A DNA stretch of 64,000 bases from Anthoceros angustus. Its lineage: Eukaryota; Plantae; Anthocerotophyta. Made by a program: the position numbers and the translations under genes. Positions within the stretch are counted from its first letter, which is position 1, and every line of letters begins with the position of its first letter. A model generated the notes under the pieces. The model saw only the letters and a program-made list of their open reading frames with translations. It did no database searches and had not been told where the DNA came from. The stretch covers positions 434,001-498,000 of the forward strand of contig MU008186.1 in the NCBI GenBank assembly GCA_010909165.1, given 5' to 3'. Of the stretch, positions 38,291-51,476 are shown one piece after another.

Positions 38291-39226
38291 GAGTCGAGAC
38301 AGACCTCGAGGACCGGCCGCAAGAAGGAGGAGCCCCTTCGACTTACGCTTAGGGGAGGGTGGCCCCACCGGGCCAAGGACCTGTGGAGGCCAGGGAGGAT
38401 GACGCCGTGGTAACGGCTGTCGACCGCCAGAGCCCAACCCGGCTGTGATTCCGGGAGAGGAGGGCCCGCCTCACGGATCATCCGATTGGGTGCACCACAA
38501 CCGCTGTGACGGGATTGACCACCCATTCCGAGGCGGGCCTGTGACCTTCCCACCTACAATGGAAGGAGATAGGGGAGAATAGGCCGATTAGGGTATACCG
38601 AGCTATCACCGTAATAGGGGTGTAATAAAGACGCCACCTTGGGCGCAGATAAGAGGGCCGAGGCCGCCTAGTAAAGCATCTTTCTCTTGGTGTTGATGCC
38701 GCTTGCACCTTTGTGAGTCTTCTTGCTAACGTGAGTCCCGAGTCACCGAAAGGTGCACGATACCCGGGAGATTGATCAAGGTCCCGTGACGACTTAACGC
38801 TGTGGTGTGTGCGGGGAAGGGTGAGGTGATCCGTGCCCGAGCCGCGTCCGACACCGAACGGACTGAACGCGTGAGCCGGAGGAACTCCGGAGGGTGTAGA
38901 GCCGGACGAGAGGCCCGCGAACGAGGAGGTCCGGATCACAGAACCGCCTTTTCTAAGATCAAGAGTGTAGCGTGAGAGGAGAGAGGAAAGGACCGATGCA
39001 AGGATGTATGTGAACGATACGGACGCGAACGGGTCCTTAACGCTTGGCCATACCGGCCCAGACGGTGAACGAGTAGTTAGGAGTATGTGTGTTGAGACCG
39101 AACGAGCGCTAAGGACGGTAAGAATCACCAAACGCAGAACGGGCCTATCATTCCCTTTGGGAACGGACTTCTTCCTACAACGACACGGATTGTGCGCCTA
39201 CCGCCATCAAGAAAAGTCCCGCCACA

Positions 39227-39245
39227 TTTTGGCGCTGCGGGGAAT
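39227..39245 (+). promoter_or_regulatory. Primer binding site
   Basis: TTTTGGCGCTGCGGGGAA immediately follows the 5' LTR and resembles the TGGCGCCGTTGCCGGGGA PBS of Athila-type elements. Confidence 0.75.
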
Positions 39246-39402
39246 GAAATCGGTCTGTGGTGCCGCAGTGCGCCCTTAGGAAGAGAAGGTAAGTGAATGC
39301 GTGAGTCGAGCGACGGTCAAGAGTGAACTGTCAGAGGATCGGACGTGGTCACCTCGCGTGCTCTCCGAGCCGTGAGAGGAGAGACGCCAAACCCAACGAG
39401 AG

Positions 39403-40970
39403 CACCGCCGATCGAGGAGGGAGAACGTGGTCGAATTGTCGACCAAGACGAGTACGGGTACGAGGGACGCCAACGGAAGAAGGTAGGACACCCACGCCTA
39501 ACCCATCGATGGCAGCCATGGCCCCTACCGACCAAACAAGCGACTCCATATTCGGAGGAAGAAGGAGCGGATGCGAGACCTTTGTGAGGACTTCATGTCC
39601 AAAGCCAACTTCAACGGAGAGGGAGTCGACGCACCATCCAATTTTCCAAGGGGTTCTCCGAGGACATGCTCAATGGTATCGGAGAAAGTACCGACCACCG
39701 GAGAATGCCCCACCCGCCTGCTTGAAGCTTTGAAAATGCCTTCTTAGAACGGTTTCGAGGGATCACCAGTGAGGGGTATGTATTATCAAAGTTGGAAAAT
39801 CAAGCGAGGAAGAAGGAGAAGCCGGGCTCAGACATCGAGCGGTTCTATGCCCGAGGGATCGCATCCAACCCATACCACGATGCAAGCGGACGGTGGTTCG
39901 CGCTCTAGCCAAACCCATGGCTGCACCGCCGATCGAGGAGGGAGAACGTGGTCGAATTGTCGACCAAGACGAGTACGGGTACGAGGGACGCCAACGGAAG
40001 AAGGTAGGACCCACGCCTAACCCATCGATGGCAGCCATGGCCCCTACCTCGACCAAACAAGCGACTCCATATTCGGAGGAAGAAGGAGCGGATGCGAGAC
40101 CTTTGTGGAGGACTTCGTGTCCAAAGCCAACTTCAACGGAGAGGGTCGACACAGCTCATCCAAATTTTCCAAGGGGTTCTCCGAGGACATGCTCAATGGT
40201 ATCGGAGAAAGTACCGACCACCGGAGAATGCCCCACCCGCCTGCTTGAAGCTTTGAAAATGCCTTCTTAGAACGGTTTCGAGGGATCACCAGTGAGGGGT
40301 ATGTATTATCAAAGTTGGAAAATCAAGCGAGGAAGAAGGAGAAGCCGGGCTCAGACATCGAGCGGTTCTATGCCCGAGGGATCGCATCCAACCCATACCA
40401 CGATGCAAGCGGACGGTGGTTCGCGCTCTAGCCAAACCCATGGCTGCACCGCCGATCGAGGAGGGAGAACGTGGTCGAATTGTGACCAAGACGAGTACGG
40501 GTACGAGGGACGCCAACGGAAGAAGGTAGGATGCCCCACGCCTAACCCATCGATGGCGCAGCCATGGCCCCTACCGACCAAACAAGCGACTCCATATTCG
40601 GAGGAAGAAGGAGCGGATGCGAGACCTTTGTGGAGGACTTCATGTCCAAAGCCAACTTCAACGGAGAGGGAGTCGAGCCTCATCCAAATTTTCCAAGGGG
40701 TTCTCCGAGGACATGCTCAATGGTATCGGAGAAAGTACCGACCACGGAGAATGCCCCACCCGCCTGCTTGAAGCTTTGAAAATGCCTTCTTAGAACGGTT
40801 TCGAGGGATCGACCGTGAGGGGTATGTATTATCAAAGTTGGAAAATCAAGCGAGGAAGAAGGAGAAGCCGGGCTCAGACATCGAGCGGTTCTATGCCCGA
40901 GGATCGGCATCCAACCCATACCACGATGCAAGTGACGGTGGGCCGGTCTAGCCAAACCCATGGCTGTGCA
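39403..40970. repeat. Three tandem ~520-bp copies in the gag region
   Basis: Marker gtgaggggtatgtattatcaaagttgg recurs at ~39769, 40292 and 40815. Confidence 0.92.
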
Positions 40971-42479
40971 CGCCCCGCCGCCGAGAAGGACGTGGGCAAG
41001 GCGGTCGAGCGCCGAAAACTACGAGGAATCGCTACATCGAGGATAAAGAAATCCGCTCAAGGAGGCAAGAAGAAGAAGAAGAAACGGGTTCGATCGAGGA
41101 GGAAGAGTCTTCGTGAGGAGGAGGAAGACCAATCGGAGGTGTCTTGAGGAGGAAGAGTCTTCGAGGAGGAGGAAGACCAATCGGAGGTGTCTTGAGGAGG
41201 AGCAGTCCAAGAAGAGACGGAGGTCTCTAGCGAGGAAGAGTATCCCCGCAAGAAGAAGAGCAAGAAAGCCCCGCCAAAAGAAGTGGTAAGAAGGAGGTGG
41301 TGACACCAAGACCGTCCGAGAAGCTCCACGGACCCGACTCCCTCAAAGGAGGTAGCAGGTGTCCGGGAGGACCGGAAAAGTGATAAAGAGAGTAGAGGAC
41401 CGCGATAAACTGTGTTAAGGACCGAGAGCGGAAAACACCGACCACGGCGAACGATCGTGTGCCGTGCCAACACGCCATTCGAAGTCCAACCGCCTCAAGG
41501 CCGGTGCATCAAGTGGACTACGAATACGAGGAGGAGGCCGAGGAGCAATGGGAAGAGGCCTATCGTGTGAAGCCCTCCGGGCCGCGATATCCCAAAACCA
41601 TGTATCCGCCAACCGGAGGTCCGTCAATACAACGAGCCCCACCGATGCAAAGACCGCATGGGAGCCCCTTCGTATCCTCCGACGGCCGTGGTCCGTTGGA
41701 ACGGAATCCCGCCATTACTCCAACGCGTGTCCGCACTCCAACGAGGCAGGTGGTAATGGGGACTTCGAGCAGGTGGCGATCGCAAGGCCGGGCATATGAC
41801 AAAGACGCTATGTCCCAACCCCGCAAGGACGATATGCCACACCAAGCGGAGAACCCCGACCACCAACGCCACCTCCTAAGACTCACTGACGGCAAGTCAA
41901 GATGCTGGGCCATGGAGGAAGAGATTCCCAGTGCGAGATGGAAAAGAACAAGAAGGTACGGGGTGTCGAAAGGAAGGGAGTTGGAGTGGAAAATCTTGAG
42001 GTGTCTACTCAGAAGGAAGGAGCGACGAGAAAGGCGCCATTGAAGAAGAACAAGTGGAGGCCACGGACCGAGGAAGGCAATCAAACCAAATACCAGCAGA
42101 GGATCCGACCGATGAAGGAGGGCTGACGGGCAGCCTCCGAGGGATTACCCAAGGAAGTTCTCCCAGATGTGACAGGAGAAGGGAACGGTGCCTCCGCGAC
42201 GTTAGCTTCCACGGACGAGTCCGGAGGTGACCGAGATGTTGCAGGAGGAAATGCGCAAGCATCCGGAGAATACCGTAACACGGTGACCGGGAGAGGATGA
42301 GGACGCAGCAGGATCCTCGATTGGGGTAGAAGCCTTTAATGTGGCGACCGATGATGAATCAGACCTTGTGTCCTTTCGACACCGAGGGATAACCCAAATA
42401 CCGCAAGAGGTCCGGCCGTTAGGGGAAACCCACCGGCGGAGCACCAAAGCCGTGAAGGGTAGCATGGAAGTGAGGGTGG

Positions 42480-45400
42480 TGTCCCATACGACCTGGGGCG
42501 CCAGTGGTACAAGTGGAGATTGGATGTATCATCAAGGATGTACTGCTGGACACGGGTCCGAGTCAACCTCATCACCAAGCCACGCACGAAAATTGGGCTT
42601 CACATCCTTCAACCTCAACGAAGACTCGAGAATGGCGTATATGTCAAGAAGAGATCCGCGGGAGTTAACCGAGTCTTGGCCACCATAGCCGCGGCACCTA
42701 CAAACCGGATTTTGTTGTGATCAAACCGCCGGACCATTAGGGTATGAGGTGTTGTCGCCATGGTCGGGTTGGCCTGCAAGCTACACTTTGGAAGGAAGGA
42801 GATTCACTTCAAGCCGGTGGACCGGGACCCTAAGGTGCGAGAAGGGAGGGTTGCTATCACCGGAGCAAGGACACCTATTGTGGGAAACCGTGAGCACTAC
42901 CGAAGGGTATACCTCGTGGAGGACTCCAGCGGAACAAGATAGTTCCGAGGAGGCGACTTTCGCCAAGATCCGCCGGGTCCGAGGAGGAGATGGACCATCA
43001 TGGATGCCTTTGGTGCGGAAGTGATTGATTGTTTTGAGTAAACGCCACAACGGGCCGGAGGAAGGAAGTGAAGAGGAGGTCGGACCAAGACAAGGGGAGA
43101 CAACAAGAGTCGGACCAAGGAAAAGCGACATCAAGGAGTAACACGATTCACCTCCGACGAGCTCTTGAGAGAATGGGGATGCGAGAGGACGATCCCGAGA
43201 GGAGGACGAGGGGTTTGGACGCAGCAAAGACGAACGGAGACGTGAACCCGGACGACGTGGAAGAAGTGGAGGTCCGCAAATTCTCAAGTTTAAGAAAGGC
43301 ATGCCTCCGGACCAAGGAAGGACTAAAGCCGGGGAGTTTTATGAGGTGTTCGCCTCAAGGTCACGACATGAAGGGCATTCAAGAAGTGGGAGAGCATAAG
43401 ATCGATTTGAAGCCGGAGCGGTGCGGTCGAATCCGACAATACAAGCTCAACCCCAAGTATTCGATCAAGGTGAAGGAGGTCCTTGATAAGTACCGGAGGC
43501 AGACATCATTTTCCCCATCATCCGAGTGGGTCGCTGATTGTGGTGGTTCCCAAGAAACAAGACAAATTCGGTATGCCAAGATTGGAGGAAGCTCAACGAG
43601 AAGAAGGACCACTTCCGATGCCATTCAGAGACGACATTTTGGACAAGGTGGACGGACTACTTACTCCTTCCGGATGGCTACTCCGGATACAACCAATTGC
43701 ACCTAAGGGAGCGACCGGGACAAGACGACCTTCACTACGGAGTGGGGTACGCTTGCCTACAAGAGAAGTGCCTTTGGGATGACCGAGCGCTGTGGTCGCT
43801 CATGCGATGGTGACCAACGCCTTCCGTGACTTCGAGGGACTTCATGGAGATATTCCCGGATGATTTTGTGTGCATGGGGAGCAGGACAAACACCTTGGGC
43901 ATCTAAGAAGGTGCTTGAGCGCCGGAGACTCAATTGAGCCTACACCCGAGAAATGCTACTTTGGAATGACGGAGGGAATCTTGTGACTGTGTCGGGTGGA
44001 ATCGAGGTGGACCAGACAAGGTCCGGTCATCCGCCTCCACACGAACCTAAAGGAGCCGAGAGGTTTCGGAATGGTGGGATACTACCGTTTATTAAGGACT
44101 TTGCAAGAGGGCTAAGTTGATGTATCATCAAGGAGGAGGTTTGGACCGTGTGAGCGAGAGGAGGCCTTCGGATTTACGTAACACCTTGGTAAGCGCACCG
44201 CCTAAGAGGACCGGATCGAGCAGAAATTTCATGTGTATGTAGATGTCCGCTTTTGCTATCGGAGTAGTGCCGAGCCGGACGGCGGCGGATTATCCCGATA
44301 CTACCGACACCACCCACGCGAACGAAAATACACAACTAAGCGCACGGGTATGGTATATGCCAAGAAATTCGACACTACCTACTACCCAAAGGAGTTTGTG
44401 TTCTATGTAGACCACTTCCGTCAAGCATCCGGTGAATAAGACGGACCGTCCGGACGGATAGCAAGGTGGATATTGTTGCTGCAGGAGTTCACGTCAAGTG
44501 GAAACAAGACAAGGGAGGCAAGACCAAAATGCGATTTCGCACGATTGAAAACAGAAGGTGTTGAGAGATCGTGAAGATGCGCTCCTGATGAGACATTGGT
44601 TGCCGCAGAAAAGTACAACCGAGGAGCCCACCGACCGAACCCCAAGCTACGAGAATCGCATTTTAGAAGCGGGAGGGTCTGCACGTCCGACCCACGAAGA
44701 AATAGAGCGGTACTGGGAATGGAGCTCAAAATCGACTCGTGATGAGGGAGGCATTCGTGCACTATGCTCGACCCTTCGTAATGTACAACGGTGTGTGTTC
44801 AAATTAGGGCCTGACGGAGTAGAACGAAGGTACTTGCAACCGCAGACAGAGCGGCCGCTGGGGGCACGACGAAGGATTGGGGGAGGACACTACGCAAGAC
44901 AGTCACCACCAAAAGATTTTGAAGCGGATACCGTGGCCAACAATGTATGGGGACACCCACCGCTTAGAAGAAGTGTGATGCTTGTCACGGATCGGAAGCC
45001 AACCCCGACGACACAGGGCCGCTAGTACCGATATTGGCACCGCACCTTCAAAAGTGGGTATTGACTTTGTTGGACCTATACCCCACGACAAGACACACAC
45101 AAAGGAGATACATCCCGTGGCAACGACCATCGCACTGTGGGTAGAGGCGGTATGACAAGAACGGACTCGCAAATACCGTGGCCAAATTCTGTGAGAACAT
45201 CATAACCCGCACGGATGTCCGCAGCTTGGTAAGTGATAGGGGAACCCATTTCCTTAATGATGTGGTGGCCGCCATGACGGAGTATTTCGCATCAATCATC
45301 GCAAGACGGCACCCTACAATCCTAAGGCCAATCGACAGAGAAGACAAATGGGCTCATCCGCAGGATCTCAATAAACTCACAATGAACTACGCCCATGATC

Positions 45401-45849
45401 GATACCAAGTCGCCATCCGCACTGTATGCCCGGACAGCAGAAGGTGACCACACAACGGACCCTTTACTTGACCTACGACACTCTCCGTAATGCCGAGAGT
45501 TTGAAGTGCCCACTTTTCGAGTAATGATGGAAGGAGACTCGTAAGAGGAAAGCCACCGAGCGACTCTTGGGGTTTGTGCAACATACAGAGGACAGGAAGA
45601 AGCTCACCAAGATGCAGCTGGTGCAAAACCAACAAAGATTTGGCACGATCGCCGATCGCGAATCGTGAGTATGTAAAGGAAGGGGACCGCCTCCTTTATG
45701 ATAGTCGCTACATGCATTTTCCGTGCAAACTTCACCGAGATGGATGGGTCCGCACTAAGTGGTGCAAGTATATGACAACGGGTCCGGCACCACGCCTAGA
45801 TGGAGAGCTGCCCACTGTAAACGGGTGGGTGAAGAAGTATCATGTTTAG
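42480..45849 (+). mobile_element. pol: protease, RT, RNase H and integrase; heavily frameshifted as assembled
   Basis: PR DVLLDTGS.VNL (~42540); RT VVVPKK, DWRKLN, DGYSGYNQ, KTTFTTEWG, MEIF(P)DD; RH FHVYVD, ERKYTT; INT GGHYA, GIDFVGP, LVSDRGTHF, LLYDSR..KLH..W, VNG.VKKY. Confidence 0.9.
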
Positions 45850-45870
45850 TGTTGGCGAGACGCCAATGAT

Positions 45871-45882
45871 GAGAAGGGAGTA
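45871..45882 (+). promoter_or_regulatory. Polypurine tract
   Basis: GAGAAGGGAG(TA) directly precedes the TGTGG of the 3' LTR. Confidence 0.85.
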
Positions 45883-48800
45883 TGTGGGCTATGCACTTCG
45901 GGAGTTAGAAATAAGTAGGGTTTCGCTTTTAGGATTGAAGGATAAATAAGGGAAAAGGAGGAATAAATTGGGGTAGCGCCGGACGAGGCTCGGAGTATAC
46001 TCCGACTGGAGTGAACAACGGACCCCGCATTACTATGGCAAGCTCCGGACCACGGAGTAACGGATAAGTCCGAACCCACCTGTGTCAAAATAGGATAAGT
46101 ACGCCAGGAAAGTAACCAGGAGCGAGGCGTGAGGATGACGAGGCGGCGCCACGGACGGCCCCGAGTGGAGGTCGGGCATGCGTGAGGTCAGACCGTAACC
46201 TTGCAGGCCGTTATAGCGGTATTCACGCCCGCGGCCGCGCGCGCGAAGGCCGTAAGCAAGCGAGGGTCGAGTAAGCCATGCACTCGCGCTACGGACAACG
46301 AAGAGGCGCCCCGCCGAGCTTACTTCCACAAGCGCGCCAAGGAGGGAGGTCATTCGGCAGCCTCCGCAATCACCCTTGCGCCCGCAATCCGCTCGGCGCG
46401 CCTTTTGGGCGCACCAGAGCGGACCGCCAAGGTTGGAGCAACGAACGCGGCGAGGAACATCGTGCGCCGACCGCCGCCAGCCTACAAAGAATAAGAGGAG
46501 GAGAAAGCAATGGCACCCAAAAGCCGACGGAGTCTGGGAGCCATGGACCGTGGAGCGCAACATTGTGACCCGCGCTATCCGGACCCCGCCGGAGGAAGTG
46601 GGGAATTGGTGCGGAGTGGCATCCGGACGTGTTCCAAATGGTCTCGACCTTTGACAACGCTACCTAGTCCGGAGTTTGCCCGAAGATGCGGCGATCAACA
46701 AGGAGGTCCGATCCAAGAACCTCCGGAGGACCCGAGGCGATGGACCTTGAGGTCCCGAGGATGGCCTACAACCGCCCAAGGAGGAAGAAGGGGCGTGGTG
46801 CCGAGCCCCTTAAGGCGAAGGGAAGATAGGGCCACGCCGCGCGGAGGCTCGAACGCAATGACAACCAACGGATGGTTGATATCCGATCCGCCGGATCCGA
46901 GTAAGGGCGGTAGCCCGGATCATTGTCCATTGAACTCGCCACCAAGGTGGATCACCTTGGTGATAACCTGCTGGTATTCTCGCATGCGCCCAGCTGGGAA
47001 GAGAGCGACTGGGAAGGATTATCTTCGCCTGGCTCAGAGGCACGCAAGCTAAGGAGCGAGAAGCCTCGCTTATCAGATCGACCCCATACCGATTCATGTA
47101 TGGGGACATTTCGAGCTCAAGGAGGAGAGCTTGAGCGGCGCTAAGGGGCCGGAGGCCCCGCTGTAGAGCGTGCAAGGGCGCCTGAGGTGGGGGTCGCCCT
47201 TCAAGACCAAGCGACTGGAGGAGGACGATCGAGGATTCCTGACTCCATACGCCCTGAGCGAACCCCTCACCACCTGTGGAAGTTTGGGAGGCGATTCCCC
47301 TTCCTCCTTTTGGTGCCCTCCGAGCAGCACAGGAGAGGGCGCTGGCGGCCCGCACCGGGTAACAACAACAACAACCACGACGGCCGCCGAGCCCCGACGA
47401 ACTCACGGGAGCAAGAGGCGAAGACGGTGCCGCTTACCAACGCAAAGACCGAAGGTGCTTACCCCGCCTACGAGTGGCAAGAGGTCAAGAGGCGTAAGGA
47501 GGGCGAAGGGGACGTGGCCAAGGAGGGAGGTCATGCCGCAGCCTCCGCAATCCTCAGCCCTTGCGCCCGCAATCCGGCCTCGGGCGCCTTTTGGGCGCCC
47601 AGAGCGCACCGCCAAGGTTGGAGCAACGAACGCGCGAAGGAGGAACATCGGCCGGACTGCCCAGCAGAACAAGAGGAGGAGAAAGCAATGGCACCCAAAA
47701 GCCGACGGAAACTGGGAGCCATGGACCGTGGAGCGCAACATTGTGACCCGCTATCCGGACTTCGGGCCGGAGGAAGCAGGGGAATTGGTGCAGAGTGGCA
47801 TCCGGACGTGTTCCAAATGGTCTCGACCTTTGACAACGCTACTCTAGTCCGGAGTTTGCCCGAAGATGCCGGGCGGCGATCAACAAGGAGGTCCGATCCA
47901 AGAACCTCCGGAGGACCCGAGGCGATGGACCTTGAGGTCCCGAGGATGGCCTACAACCGCCCAAGGAGGAAGAAGGGGCGTGGTGCCGAGCCCCTTAAGG
48001 CGAAGGGAAGATAGGCCGCCCACGCCGGCCGAGGCTCGAACGCAATGGACAACCAACGGATGGTTGATATCCGATCCGCCGGATCCGAGTAAGGGCGGTA
48101 GCCCGGATCATTGTCCATTGAACTCGCCACCAAGGTGGATCACCTTGGTGATAACCTGGTATTCTCGCATGCGCCCAATGGGAAGAGAGCGGGAAGGATT
48201 ATCTTCGCCTGCCTGGGCCAGAGGCACGCAAGCTAAGGAGCGAGAAGCCTCGCCATCAGATCGACCCCATACCGATTCATGTATGGGGACATTTCGAGCC
48301 TCAAGGAGGGAGAGCTTGAGCGCCCAAGGAGGCCCCGCTGTAGAGCGTGCAAGGGCGCCTGAGGTGGGGGTCGCCCTTCAAGACCAAGCGACTGGAGGAG
48401 GACGATCGAGGATTCCTGACTCCATACGCCCTGAGCGAACCCCTCACCACCTGTGGAAGTTTGGGAGGCGATTCTTCCTTCCTCCTTTTGGTGCCCTCCG
48501 AGCCCCTTAAGGCGAAGGAGGGAGCCGATGGAGGGGCCGACCGGCTGCAAACAATGTACCAACCACGACACAACCCGACGGGAGCCGGAGTCAAGAGGCG
48601 AAGACGGTGCCGCTTACCAACGCAAAGACTCGGGTGATTTACCCCGCCTACTGAGTGGCAAGAGGTCAAGAGGCGAAGGAGGAGGCGAAGGGGACGTGGC
48701 CCAAGGAGCAGGAGGTCACCGCGCACACCCCGAGCCGGCCCCTGCCCCCGGCTGTGGGGCAAAAGAGCTTGCTCCTGACCCCTCACCTCCTCCGAGCCCT

Positions 48801-51476
48801 GTGAGAAAGAGGGCACAAAGGAGTTAGAGGCCAAGAGGGCCAAGAGGGTGAGACTCGGACCTCACCACTGTGACCCGAGGGTCCCGATTAGGTCCGAGAA
48901 CCCACCGACTTACTCGGATCAAGGTATGGAGGTCCTTGGCGATCGAGAAATGCCGGCTCCACTACGGACTTTGTGGGGCCTCACTGATGGCCGTGGAAGA
49001 AACACGGCGAGTCCTGCTACCGCCATGGACGGAATGCTTTGGGGTCTGTGCAGAGAAGACCTGTGAAGTGGAGGCCACCCGAGGAGGATGGTGGAACCCA
49101 AGAGCAAGTGAAGGCGGCCGAGGGCAAAGGAAAAGGCGGAGTCCTCGCCGGATCGAGGAAGGGAAACGCCGGCGGTGAGCGAGGCCCGTTCAACAGATCT
49201 AAGGTTCTTCACTGCAACAAGCAAGCTCAGGGAGGCCCAAGCGGCGGAGGACCTTGCAGAAGAGGGAAGCGCAGCAGAGGCGGAAGAGGCCCGGCACAAG
49301 AGAGAGCTCGGGACTGGCGGAGGCGGCCAGAGCGGCCAAATGGGCGAGGCCTGTAAAGGCGGCGAAGGAGTCAAGTCGAAGAGCGACCGGATCACCATGC
49401 ACGTGATCGAACCGTGGAGAGAGTCACAGTACCGAGGCTAACTCAAGGCCGTGACAAAGGCCATGGAGTGGGGGCCAAGACGGGAGATAGAGGATCTCCG
49501 AGTACAGGGAGGTAGAAGGAGGCGCAGATGGAGGACAAGAAGGACACTGAGCTACAACCCAAGATGCGCTTGAGCAGCAGTGATTCTCAACGAGAGAATC
49601 CACGACTCGAGCACGAAATGAGCCCGCCCGTCTCAAGACGGAGGAAAATCGCGACTATCCAAGGAGTTGGACGCTGCTGTGCTATGAGCCGGAGGAAGTC
49701 CGAGCCTGGACGGAGGTATCCGACCGAGAGGGAGTCATGAGCTAAAGGCCGTAATGAACGGAGCGCGAGCACCGGAAGCGTAAAAGAAGCCGCCGTCCAC
49801 CGAAAGGCGGAAGGGAACGCCGCGCTATGGCGGTAAGCTGGCGGAAAGGAAACGACGGAGCCGGAGCAGCAATGCTGGCAGCAGAGGTGACCGAGGCCGC
49901 CTTGTAGCCTCACGATACCGGCCCCACCACACAACCGGGCAGAGAGGTGGCCCAACAAGCCGGCAAAAGACGCTCCAACACTTATGGCGAGGGAGTATCG
50001 GTCCCGCACACGTGGAAGAGGCAATTCAACAAGTCGATCTGACTTTGCCTATTACCACGCCGAGCTCCTCAAGGCGAGAAGCCTCGACGGCCGCCGCACG
50101 GACGGACCGGAAGGCTCAAGGAGATGAAGGCCACGGGAAAGACAGGGACCCTAGTGGCCCCTGCTTGAGATGACGGAGCGGAGAGGAGCAACCGGAGGAG
50201 CAGAACGAGGAGCGCGGATGCGATCGAGGTAAGCACCCGCACCTCACCATGGAAGGAGGGCCAACGGGAGTCACCGGGCGATCGGGAAGCTGAGGACTTC
50301 GAGGGAGAGCCACGGAGGAGTCCCGTGAGGGAGGAAACCCGGTGGGCGTGAGTCCTGACTTTGTCCGACCCCAGAGGAGGCCGGACCAAGTCCGACTGAA
50401 TAAGTCCGGACCAAGTCCGACTAATAAGTCCGACTCAAGTCCGGACTGAATAACTGACCCGAGGTCCGGACCCCGAGACAAGGTCCTACCCACGACCTGC
50501 CGGACTCAAGTTCTGTGAGTCGAGACAGACCTCGAGGACCGGCGGCAAGAAGGAGGAGCCCCTTCGACTTACGCTTAGGGGAGCCGAGCGGGTCCCCCAC
50601 CGGCAAGGACCTGGGAGGCCAGGAGGATGACGCCGTGGTAACGGCGGCTGTCGATCACAGAGCCCAACCCGATGTGATTCCGGGAGAGGAGGGCCCGCCT
50701 CACGGATCATCCGATTGGGTGCACCACAACCGCTGTGACGGGGATTGACCACCCATTCCGAGGAGGGGCCTGTGACCTTCCCACAACGGCGAAGGAGATA
50801 GGGGGATAGGGGGTAGGCGGCCGATTAGGGTATACCGAAAGCACGCCGTAATAGGGGTGTAATAAAGACGCCACCTTGGGCGCAGATAAGAGGGCCGAGG
50901 CCTAGTAAAGCATCTTTCTTGGTGTTGATGCCGCTCTGCACCTTTGTGAGTCTTCTTGCTAACGTGAGTCCCGAGTCACCGAAAGGTGCACGGCGCCCGG
51001 GAGATTGATCAAGGTCCCGTGACGACTTAACGCTGTGGTGTGTGTGGAAGGGTGATCGGTGATCCGTGCTCGTCGAGCCGCGTCCGACACCGAACGGACG
51101 AACGCTGTGAGCCGAGGAACTCCGGAGGGTGTAGAGCCCGGACGGAGAGGCCCGGAACGACGAGGAGGTCCGGATCACAGAATCCGGCCTTTTCTAAGAT
51201 CAAGAGTGTAGCGTGAGAGGAGAGAGGAAAGGACCGATGCGTGAAGGATGTATGTGAACGATACGGACGCGAACGGTCCTTAAACGCTTGGCCATACCGG
51301 CCTCAGACGGTGAACGCTAGAGTAGTTAGGTGTGTGAGTTGAGACCGAACGCTAAGGACGGTAAGAATCACCGAAACGCGGTAAACGGGCCTATCATTCC
51401 CTTGGGAACGGACTTCTTCCTACAACGACACGGGATTGTGCGCGCCCGGCTGGCCATCAGCAAAAGTCCCGCCACA
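45883..51476 (+). repeat. 3' LTR (5594 bp), containing an internal ~1.18-kb tandem duplication (~46335-47517 and ~47518-48700)
   Basis: Same termini as the 5' LTR; the segment from ccaaggag onward occurs twice. Confidence 0.93.

Larger units (their letters stand above)
34789..39226 (+). repeat. 5' LTR (4438 bp)
   Basis: Starts tgtgggctatgcac, ends aaaagtcccgccaca; colinear with 45883-51476. Confidence 0.93.
34789..51476 (+). mobile_element. Full-length Ty3/Gypsy LTR retrotransposon (non-chromoviral, Athila/Tat-like), 16.7 kb
   Basis: 5-bp TSD AAGGT at 34784-34788 and 51477-51481; both LTRs run TGTGG…CCACA; PBS and PPT are present; domain order is gag-PR-RT-RH-INT. Confidence 0.95.

Noticed and set aside
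45849-45882. env-like gene between integrase and the 3' LTR
   Set aside because: Only ~30 bp separate the integrase end from the LTR.
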